40,039 nucleotides of DNA. It comes from Nemertoderma westbladi (taxonomy: Eukaryota > Animalia > Xenacoelomorpha). The position numbers were made by a program, and so were the translations under genes. Location: contig JAUCBJ010008530.1 of assembly GCA_032718475.1 (NCBI GenBank), positions 1-40,039 of the forward strand. The letters run 5' to 3'. Shown piece by piece: positions 1 through 10,600 of this stretch. The stretch's first letter is position 1. Each line of letters opens with the position of its first letter. The notes under the pieces are model-generated. The model ran no database searches. It had not been told where the DNA came from and saw nothing but the letters and a program-made list of their open reading frames with translations.

Positions 1-60
1 TTTAATATCTAGAAGACATCTTAATTTGGCGGGTTAAACTGCCAAAGGTCTGAAAGCGCG

Positions 61-640
61 AACAAACAATGAGCAACAACGAGAAACAATGAGCAACAAC
101 GAGCAACAACGAGCAACAATGAGCAACAACGAGCAACAATGAGCAACAACGAGAAATAATAAAGTACAACAACGAGCAACAATGAGCAACAACGAACAAC
201 AACGTGCAACAATGAGCAACAATGAGCAACAAAGAGCAACAATGAGCAACAACGAGCAATAATAAAGTACAACAACGACCAACAATGAGCAACAACGAAC
301 AACAACGTGCAACAATGAGCAACAATGAGCAACAACGAGCAGCAATGAACAACAACGAGCAATAATAAAGCACAACAATGAGCACCAACAAGGAACAATG
401 AGCAATAATAAAGTACAACAACGAGCAACAATGAGCAACAACGAACAACAATGAGCAACAACGAACACCAATTAGCAACAAAGAGCAATAACGGGCACCA
501 ATGAGCAACAGCGAGCAGTAATAAAGTACATCAACGAGCAACAATGAGCCACAACGAGCAGTAATAAAGTACAACAATGAGCAACAACGAGCAACAATGA
601 GCAGCAACAATGAGCAATAATAAAGTACAACAACAAGCAA
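61..640. repeat. Degenerate 10-bp satellite (CAACAAYGAG)n with AATAATAAAGTA variant blocks
   Basis: Tandem caacaatgag/caacaacgag units are directly visible. The overlapping Leu/Cys/Val-rich ORFs are repeat translations. Confidence 0.95.
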
Positions 641-1184
641 CGTTACTGCGTAAGTATTACGCAGTATAATGTATCCCAGTAATCCCGAATATACAGTGTA
701 GGAAATAAATTCCCAACCAAGAACTTAATAAAAAATGCTTCCATACCCGCAATGTCATCAAGATGGTGCACAATACTGCTATACCGGGACCGGTGGGCCT
801 ACAAATATTTATCAGTTTACCTGTCAGTTACCTGTTTACCTTCAGACTATCAGTATTGTTCTGTTCGGATAGTGTCGTTGAAACTTACCGGTACTAACAA
901 TACCTAATGCTGGAGATAATTAATGAATTGCCGTAAAGTCACGTAGTTCTATTATCGGTACAATGAATGCGGTTTCAGGGCCCTCCCGCCCTCAACCAAG
1001 GCCTATCAGCCTATTAAATTTTTATTTATATGTTGAAGCTTTTATATTTGATTTATATTTTACTTGTGTATTATTGACCGGACACTTATTACCTCAGCTT
1101 TTTGTGACCGGACCCTTAATCTTGTAACATGTCTTAACTTTCGTTTTATTGTTTTGGTTACCATGAAAATTTATTTATATTTTG

Positions 1185-2030
1185 GTTGCTCATTGTTGCT
1201 CGTTGTTGCTCATTGTTACTCGTTGTTGTACTTTATTATTGCTCGTTGTTGCTCGATGTTGCTCATTGTTGCTTGTTGTTGCTCATAGTTGCTCGTTGTT
1301 GTATTTTATTATTGGTCTTTGTTGCTCGTTGTTGCTCATTGTTGCACGTTGTTGCTCATTGTTGCACGTTGTTGCTCATTGTTGCTCATTGTTGCACGTT
1401 GTTGCTCATTGTTGCTCGTTGTTGCTCATTGTTGCTCGTTGTTTCTCATTGTTGCTCGTTGTTGCTCATTGTTACTCGTTGTTGTACTTTATTATTGCTC
1501 GTTGTTGCTCGATGTTGCTCATTGTTGCTTGTTGTTGCTCATAGTTGCTCGTTGTTGTACTTTATTATTGGTCTTTGTTGCTCGTTGTTGCTCATTGTTA
1601 CTCTTTGTTGTACTTTATTATTGCTCGTTGTTGCTCGATGTTGCTCATTGTTGCTTGTTGTTGCTCATAGTTGCTCGTCGTTGTACTTTATTATTGGTCT
1701 TTGTTGCTCGTTGTTGCTCGTTGTTGCTCATTGTTGCAAGTTGTTGCTCATTGTTGCTCGTTGTTGCTCATTGTTGCACGTTGTTGCTCATTGTTTCACG
1801 TTGTTGCTCATTGTTGCTCATTGTTGCACGTTGTTGCTCATTGTTGCTCGTTGTTGCTCATTGTTGCTCGTTGTTTCTCATTGTTGCTCGTTGTTGATCA
1901 TTGTTACTCGTTGTACTTTATTATTGCTCGTTGTTGCTCATTGTTGATCGTTGTTGCTCATTGTTACTCATTATTGCTCATTGTTACTCGTTGTTGCTCG
2001 TTGTTGGTCATTTTTGCTCGTTGTTGGTCT
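1185..2030. repeat. Same 10-bp satellite in inverted orientation (CTCRTTGTTG)n
   Basis: Units are the reverse complement of those in 61-640, including the TACTTTATTATT variant block. Confidence 0.95.
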
Positions 2031-2890
2031 TTGTGCTCCTTTGTGCATTTTAGCACCTAACCCTGGTAGCAGGGGTGCAGGGCATGGCAGATGATGGGTC
2101 CATGGCCCAGCAGATGAGCTGCATTAGCCAATAATGGTGGGTCATGTGCATCAGAATGGTAGTGGGTGATTGGCCCCATATCTGACTCTACTTCGACACC
2201 CACCCTTTGGAATGGCAACAAACCAGGGTGCGGTATTTGCCCCGAGAGCTGACTAAGTCGGCATAGCATTCTTATTATATATAATGCGGCTGAAATGCAG
2301 CATGCCTACAGGAAAACACACGTTTAGTACAACATGCAGTTTAAAATGTCAGACCACTTAGCAACATCGTAATAACGTCGGCTCAAGGCAATAATGATAC
2401 AACCACCACAACAATTGGACACTTACAGTGTTACAGTATACAAAGAATATGAAATATACAGTATGTACATATGTGCACACACAGTACAATATATAAAGGT
2501 TACAATAATTTATATTAATAAATAATTGGTCTGAAAGAAAATCAATGTGGAGTGGTACAATACCAGCACCAACACAAGCACCCCTTCCTACTAAAAATGT
2601 GCATTTAATACCAGCCGTCGCATATGTGGTTTCGGTAAAGTAACAAAGCACAAACGACTTCTGTTAATAAATCATTGCTATACCTATTTTCATTAAGAAT
2701 GCAGGAACGGCATAATATAGGGCAATATATTATGACTCATACATTGCAGTTGGATTTTTATTATTCCGACTAGACAAGGTTTGTGATTGACGTAATGAAA
2801 ATGCAAATTATATAATGAGTCCATTCCAACCATGGCCTACTTGAATACGCCCCTGTGATTTAGCGGGCCATGGTCCCACTAAACTCACAA

Positions 2891-3035
2891 AAGAACCAAA
2901 TATACCCAAAGGAACCCAATGGAACCCAAAATAACCAAAGGAACCCAATGGAACCCAAAATAACCAAAATGTAACCAATGGAACCCAAATGAACCACATA
3001 TACCCAAAAGGAACCCAATGGAACCCAAAATAACA
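2891..3035. repeat. Short minisatellite, ~30-bp unit GGAACCCAATGGAACCCAAAATAACCAAA built of 10-bp subunits
   Basis: About 4-5 degenerate tandem copies are visible. Confidence 0.85.
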
Positions 3036-3769
3036 TAATTTCTTATGACCCCTCTTTCGTGCAGATTTTCTCCCCTTGTCCTTGAATTTAATCTACTTAA
3101 CCTGCAACCTGACTGACCCTAACCTAACTAAATACTAAAAATAAAATTAAACCTAACTAAACTGAAACCCACAGTACAGTAGTGCAATAACATATATGAC
3201 ATTGATGATTTCCAGACTGACAGTTCTACTGTATAAATATATTAGTGATGCTCACTCAACGACTTCGTGGCTTTGTGAATAATCTCGTGTAGGTTTGTCC
3301 CGTGGGGTCACGTTTGCGTCTCCACAAGCAGACATTCAAGTGTAATACTGTACCTAATAGGATCGAAACGTGTAGGTTTGTCCATTGGTGTCACGTTTGG
3401 TTTGCCACACGCTGATACGTTTGTATGTCATTTACCTCAGCCCTCACCAACCCATATGTGCAATAGGATCGAAACGTAACTGTTTAGCCAACCAGGAGCT
3501 CCGACCAATCAGGGACGAGCTACACGGCCAATCACCATTAAGAACGTTCCGATCCTGATTGGCATAATGTCTGGCTATAATAGGCGATGTTTCATCACTT
3601 TCCTCACCTCCCTCCCCGTTCACCCTCTGCTCGCGGAAACCCCTGACTTTTACAGCAGTAAAAGTTTTTATATTTTTAGCGACATTTTTATTTGTAAATA
3701 GTATTTCTGTAATTTCTGAACCTTGTGCACTTAATAATCTACTTCCTATTGCTGTATTGATAATTATGA

Positions 3770-4951
3770 TAACTTGTTCGTTTCGTTGATTATTATATTA
3801 TATTAAAATATTGAGCAAAAATACAAAATATATTTCAATGGCTAAGGGCCAACATTGTCAATAATCCTAAAACAGTAATACTACATTGTGGGGTACCCAT
3901 TGGATTTTAGAGTTTCTGCTAATTCCGATTGTGTGCGCCCCCTAGCTTCTAGGTTGGGCGCACACAATCGGAATTAGCAGAAACTCTAAAATCCAATGGG
4001 TACCCCACACGTATCATTTATAATTCGCAACGTAAGGTCAATAAAATATTTGATAAATCTAGACCCAGGGAGGAGATAACCACCAAGCGACCACGCTCTG
4101 ACATAAATATAGGACTACCATACATTAAAGGGTTGACAGAACCATTAGAACGCCTTTGTACAAAATACGACATTGGGACATATACAGTAACAGGAAGGAA
4201 ACTTAGGTCCTACTTGCTACGGGGACATAAACCCAGATGCCCCCCTAGAAATGTCGTATATCAGATACCGTGCTGTTGTGGAGACACATACATTGGCCAG
4301 ACCAAGTACAGTCTGGACATCCGCCTCGAGCAGCACGAGAGTGACATACGGCACCGTAGGCCTAAAGCCTCTGAACTGTCAGCGCACCACATAGAAACAG
4401 GACACATACCAGCATGGGATCGGGCGTCAGTTATAGGTAGGGTCACGGACTTATACGGTAGGCTGATTTTGGAAAGTTTATACATTAAATCACTAGGCCC
4501 ACGGGCAATCGATAAAAGGCTATCAGTAGAGGTTGACCATTTAAGCGTAGCGGTACTTGAAGGCGGAGGATTCCTAAACAAAATTAAAAAAATATAGAAA
4601 TAAACATGGGCGGGCCGGGGGGGGGGGGGGGGGAGTCATACAATATTGCATACATGTAGGTTGTGCTTTATATAGTTTATTTACCGTACACTATGTGTTA
4701 CTGCATTACGTATGTTGGTACCGGTACTGTTGTAGGCCTATTATTATATTATCATACAATCACATCTCAATTTTATAGGTATTAACAGAGTTATATCATA
4801 TAGTAGTATTACTGTTTTAGGATTATTGACAATGTTGGCCCTTAGCCATTGAAATATATTTTGTATTTTTGCTCAATATTTTAATATAATATAATAATCA
4901 ACGAAACGAACAAGTTACACATTTTCATCATCGTCCAGAATATTTCGATTA
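3770..4951 (+). mobile_element. 5'-truncated Penelope-like retroelement (Penelope/Poseidon type) with inverted segments
   Basis: Contains a PLE ORF end (3953-4597), a perfect 115-bp inverted repeat (3770-3884 / 4803-4917) and a 54-bp-arm palindrome (3887-4009). A direct repeat TGATAATTATGAT at 3758-3770 and 4952-4964 is a candidate TSD. Confidence 0.8.
3953..4597 (+). pseudogene. C-terminal part of a Penelope-like ORF: RT thumb/linker plus GIY-YIG endonuclease
   Basis: The frame is open from 3953 and reads LKSNGYP...IGLPYIKGLTEPLER...NVVYQIPCCCGDTYIGQTK..L..RL.QH...SELSAHH..TGH...RLILESLYIK, matching PLE thumb and GIY-YIG motifs. There is no start codon and no RT core. Confidence 0.9.
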
Positions 4952-4974
4952 TGATAATTATGATATAATATACT

Positions 4975-5360
4975 ACTTCCAGCAGTTCACATAAGATTCT
5001 CAATTATTTCGACTTATTTTTCAGCAGGTCCGAAATTGGACTGGGAGCTGGGATCACACTTCAGCAAAGTCACTTGACGAGTATGCCTCTAAGGTGAGAC
5101 ATTGTCTTGATGAGTTTTATACTACAAATAATATACTCGATTGCTTTGAATCAAATTGTAAATGACACCATACTGATATAGATTACTTGTATGGTAACTT
5201 AGTGCGCATTCTCAGTACTTGCGCCAATGAAAGAATTAAGCATTCTAAGTCTAAGGGTGAGCCTGCTGCAAAACATAAACCGGGTTGGAACGACTATATG
5301 CGTGATAAACACAGCGAGTCACAGATGAAATATAGGTACCAAACTTGGCTTTGGCATTGT
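4975..5360 (+). mobile_element. Possible degenerate non-LTR retrotransposon fragment (endonuclease-RT linker)
   Basis: Translation fragments DIDYLYGNLVRILSTCA and PGWNDYMRDKHSES resemble LINE ORF2 linker regions. The frame is disrupted. Confidence 0.35.
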
Positions 5361-5558
5361 AATATAAGTGACTTTTTATATTATTTATTTATTTTTTACA
5401 GGAAATAAATTAAGTATTTTCGAAAACAAGTTCTGCATAAAGACCGCAAAAAGTTTGTTACACAGTTTAGTAGTGTAGTAATATAATATAAACAAGGTTT
5501 TGTAATCCCACCACCGAAATATTTTAATTTCATTAGTTCGCCGAATCAGCTATTTCTT

Positions 5559-5701
5559 TCAATTATTATCGCTGTTCCCTCTACAAGGGCCAGGGTGAGC
5601 AATGTTAACAACGTCTCTAGTTGTTCGTTTGCAAAGAACGCAAACCGTTCCGTATGTTTGACCATTTGTTCCACAAACTGGGTTCCATTCACGTGTACAT
5701 C
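5559..5701 (-). CDS. Kazal-type serine protease inhibitor, last coding exon (domain 2)
   Basis: Acceptor ttaccag|, phase 1. Translates (G)[46 protein letters not shown], with the Kazal PVCGTNG.TY motif and Cys II-VI. Confidence 0.88.
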
Positions 5702-5991
5702 CTGGTAAATTGTCGTATTCAGCGCAATTTGGCTAAAATTCAAATATTTATAATATGATGAGGTTTTGAAAAATAAATATTTAGCGATAGTAAAAGTTGT
5801 CATGTATTTTAAATTGAGACAAAATGAATGAGCAGGATCCGAAGATCGAGAAAGGAAATGTTTTTACTTCTGCCAGTAATTATCTTGTTCAACATTCTAA
5901 TATAATAGGCTGTTACATTATCAGAAAACAACAATAATCCTACTGTATGAAACACTACATAACTACACAAAGAACGTAACCCTGACCTGAC

Positions 5992-6019
5992 CTTCACACA
6001 TCCGATTGACTTCACCCGG
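5992..6019 (-). CDS. Kazal inhibitor 28-bp micro-exon (PGEVNRMCE-G)
   Basis: Acceptor ccctttccacatag| and donor G|gtcagg. Phase 0 in and phase 1 out fit both neighbouring exons, and it supplies Cys I of domain 2. Confidence 0.65.
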
Positions 6020-6369
6020 CTATGTGGAAAGGGCGAGCCCAGTTACAGATGTTGTTGACAAAATCAACAACCCTGCCAGAAGCAATAAAACAATGCTGTT
6101 AGTGCTTAGTGGCGCATAGGAAAGGAAATATACCCAAGCTATCGCTTAGAAGTCTTAGCGTATCAAAATTGTTACCAGGTTAGTATCACATACGTTAACG
6201 TTTGTTTTAAAAAACTGATATAATAGTTTGTGGTAGTTTTAATTAATGTCGGGATCACATCATGTACCGGTACACGTACGGAAAAAGTAAAAAAATCCAC
6301 ATAGTGCAACGTGAATTCAATAACGTCATTATGTAGGCCTATAGCCGTATAATACAGTACTGTACTTAC

Positions 6370-6399
6370 CTCATATCCACCACAAGGCCCGTCATATTC
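6370..6399 (-). CDS. Kazal inhibitor 30-bp micro-exon (EYDGPCGGYE)
   Basis: Acceptor ttttcacag| and consensus donor GAG|gtaagt. Supplies the G-x-C Cys VI of domain 1. Phase 0/0. Confidence 0.85.
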
Positions 6400-6554
6400 C
6401 TGTGAAAAAAAGGAGAAAATAAAACTGTAATGTAATAATTACGAATAATATTAATGATGATATGTGAAAAATGTACTGTAGGCTTAAATAATAATGTTTT
6501 GTGTAATTCAGTATGACGAGGTTAAGGAAACAAGAGTAAACAACACAAATAAAC

Positions 6555-6733
6555 CTTGGCAAGTCTCTCTGCATCTGGGTCACCATAGTTCTCATCTACG
6601 CAAATGGCGGCGTCCATAGCACATTGGTTCCCGTACGTTATACCATCTGTTCCGCACTTCGGATCATATTCCATGGTGCAAGCTCCAACGCACACATTCA
6701 GTGGACTGGTTGCATGGCAGATCGCCATTCCGG
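6555..6733 (-). CDS. Kazal-type serine protease inhibitor exon (end of signal peptide plus domain 1)
   Basis: Acceptor tttttcag| and donor AAG|gtttat. Translates [59 protein letters not shown]. The upstream ATG/signal exon was not located. Confidence 0.9.
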
Positions 6734-7683
6734 CTGAAAAAGATTTATATTATATTGTAATATAAAAGTTAGGCACTTGGCCTACTTGCTACTATATAAG
6801 ATATCTGTATTTCCGATACGAGCAGAAGGAGTGAGCAGAGTGGAGATCGCTACTAAAATTCCGAGAATATAGGGGAAGACTTACAGTAGTAGACCTAGTG
6901 TAGTAGAGTTGTTTACATGGGGGGATTGTAATGATGAGTTCAGTACCTTAAGTTAGCGATTAGCGATCGGTCCATACTGCCATCATATCGCATAGGAAAC
7001 ACAGATACTGCATATTTTATTGTAGCAAGTTGTATCGGTTTCGTAGACAGGCAGTCTCTCTCTAATGTTAAGGGTCTTCTTCTTCTGGTGGCTATTATTA
7101 CCGTACTGCCGGGGTGTGACAGTAGGAAGACCTCCATGGTTACACGATAACGAAAAGTAATATATTTTAGAGGGTGCGGAATACAGTCATTTAATTAAAA
7201 AATGTAATTGACTTCCTACAGTTTTATGAATTTAGCCGGTCCTTTTCCCAGTGTGCTATTTTTTGGTGCTGATTTGAATTACTGCTGTGTTTGCCAATGT
7301 TCGTGGTGTATTGTACTAGTGTGTTCTACTGTAGTGTGTTCTACTGTGTCCTTGTGTGTTCCCTTGTGTTCTGTAAATAGATCTATCCAAATTATGTTAT
7401 ATATTATTTATTTGATTTGTATAATTAACTATTATAATATTTGTGCTTATCCTAATTTACCCCGTTCGGGGTGTATATTATATGAATGCGCTCTTTACCA
7501 GGGAAACGGAGAACTACAGTAGTTAAAATATTATGTAAAAATATGCTTTAGTCAAAAAGTTAATTTCGATAACTCATTATAAATATTAAAGATTGGCAGC
7601 AACTTGAAATTGTTAGATTGTCACTTTTTCTATAAATTTTGCTTAGAAAATTGTAGCTCTTAATATTTTCATCAATATTTTAG

Positions 7684-10600
7684 GGAGATGCGACTTCGCG
7701 CATAGATTGAGCTATACAGTAGGCCCTATAACATCGTCGGAGATGCGACTTCGCGCATAGATTGATCTATACAGTAGGCCCTATAATATAGATTGAGCTA
7801 TACAGTAGGCCCTATAACATAGATTGAGCTATACAGTAGGCCCTATAACATAGATAGAGCTATACAGTAGGCCCTATAACATCGTCGGAGATGCGACTTC
7901 GCGCATAGATTGAGCTATACAGTAGGCCCTATAACATAGATAGAGCTATACAGTAGGCCCTATAACATAGATAGAGCTATACAGTAGGCCCTATAACATA
8001 GATTGAGCTATACAGTAGGCCCTATAATATAGATTGAGCTATATACAGTAGGCCCTATAACATAGATAGAGCTATACAGTAGGCCCTATAACATAGATAG
8101 AGCTATACAGTAGGCCCTATAACATAGATAGAGCTATACAGTAGGCCCTATAACATAGATTGAGCTATACAGTAGGCCCTATAATATAGATTGAGCTATA
8201 CAGTAGGCCCTATAACATCGTCAGAGATGCGACTTCGCGCATAGATTGAACTATACAGTAGGCCCTATAACATAGATAGAGCTATACAGTAGGCCCTATA
8301 ACATAGTTTGAGCTATACAGTAGGCCCTATAACATAGATTGAGCTATACAGTAGGCCCTATAACATAGTTTGAGCTATACAGTAGGCCCTATAACATAGA
8401 TTGAGCTATACAGTAGGCCCTATAATATAGATTGAGCTATACAGTAGGCCCTATAACATAGTTTGAGCTATACAGTAGGCCCTATAACATAGATTGAGCT
8501 ATACAGTAGGCCCTATAACATAGATTGAGCTAAACAGTAGGGCCTATAACATAGATTGAGCTATACAGTAGGCCCTATAACATAGATTGAGCTATACACA
8601 GTAGGCCCTATAACATAGTTTGAGCTATACAGTAGGCCCTATAACATAGATTGAGCTATACAGTAGGCCCTATAATATAGATTGAGCTATACAGTAGGCC
8701 TTATAACATAGTTTGAGCTATACAGTAGGCCCTATAACATAGATTGAGCTATACAGTAGGCCCTATAACATAGATTGAGCTAAACAGTAGGGCCTATAAC
8801 ATAGATTGAGCTATACAGTAGGCCCTATAACATAGATTGAGCTATACACAGTAGGCCCTATAACATAGTTTGAGCTATACAGTAGGCCCTATAACATAGA
8901 TTGAGCTATACAGTAGGCCCTATAACATAGATTGAGCTATACACAGTAGGCCCTATAACATAGTTTGAGCTATACAGTAGGCCCTATAACATAGTTTGAG
9001 CTATACAGTAGGCCCTATAACATAGTTTGAGCTATACAGTAGGCCCTATAACATAAATTGACCTATACAGTAGGCCCTATAACATCTTCGGAGATGCGAC
9101 TTTGCGCATAGATTGAGCTATACAGTAGGCCCTATAACATAGATTGAGCTATACAGTAGGCCCTATAACATAGATTGAGCTATACAGTAGGCCCTATAAC
9201 ATAGATTGAGCTATACAGTAGGCCCTATAACATCGTCGGAGATGCGACTTTGCGCATAGATTGATCTATACAGTAGGCCCTATAACATAGTTTGAGCTAT
9301 ACAGTAGGTCCTATAACATAGATTGAGCTATACAGTAGGCCCTATAACATAGATTGAGCTATACAGTAGGCCCTATAACATCGTCGGAGATGCGACTTTG
9401 CGCATAGATTGATCTATACAGTAGGCCCTATAACATAGTTTGAGCTATACAGTAGGCCCTATAACATAGATTGAGCTATACACAGTAGGCCCTATAACAT
9501 AGTTTGAGCTATACAGTAGGCCCTATAACATAGTTTGAGCTATACAGTAGGCCATATAACATAGTTTGAGCTATACAGTATGCCCTATAACATAAATTGA
9601 CCTATACAGTAGGCCCTATAACATCGTCGGAGATGCGACTTTGCGCATAGATTGAGCTATACAGTAGGCCCTATAACATAGATTGAGCTATACAGTAGGC
9701 CCTATAACATAGATTGAGCAATACAGTAGGCCCTATAACATAGATTGAGTTATACAGTAGGCCCTATAACATCGTCGGAGATGCGACTTCGCGCATAGAT
9801 TGAGCTATACAGTAGGCCCTATAACATAGATTGAGCTATACAGTAGGCCCTATAACATAGTTTGAGCTATACAGTAGGCCCTATAACATAAATTGAGCTA
9901 TACAGTAGGCCCTATAACATCGTCGGAGATGCGACTTCGCGCATAGATTGAGCTATACAGTAGGCCCTATAACATAGATTGAGCTATACAGTAGGCCCTA
10001 TAACATAGATTGAGCTATACAGTAGGCCCTATAACATAGTTTGAGCTATACAGTAGGCCCTATAACATAGTTTGAGCTATACAGTAGGCCCTATAACATA
10101 TTTTGAGTTATACAGTAGGCCCTATAACATAGTTTGAGCTATACAGTAGGCCCAATAACATAGATTGAGCTATACAGTAGGCCCTATAACATAGATTGAG
10201 CTATACAGTAGGCCCTATAACATAGTTTGAGCTATACAGTAGGCCCTATAACATAGTTTGAGCTATACAGTAGGCCCTATAATATAGATTGAGCTATATA
10301 CAGTAGGCCCTATAACATAGTTTGAGCTATACAGTAGGCCCTATAACATAGTTTGAGCTATACAGTAGGCCCTATAACATAGTTTGAGCTATACAGTAGG
10401 CCCTATAACATAGTTTGAGCTATACAGTAGGCCCTATAACATATTTTGAGCTATACAGTAGGCCCTATAACATAGTTTGAGCTATACAGTAGGCCCAATA
10501 ACATAGATTGAGCTATACAGTAGGCCCTATAACATAGTTTGAGCTATACAGTAGGCCCTATAACATAGTTTGAGCTATACAGTAGGCCCTATAACATATT

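Noticed and set aside
2-2060. Long Cys/Leu/Val-rich ORFs in several frames
   Set aside because: They are translations of a 10-bp satellite, open in multiple frames with no unique domain.
2057-2269. GC-richer island with a 70-aa ORF
   Set aside because: No recognisable domain, splice context or ribozyme motif; probably repeat-derived.
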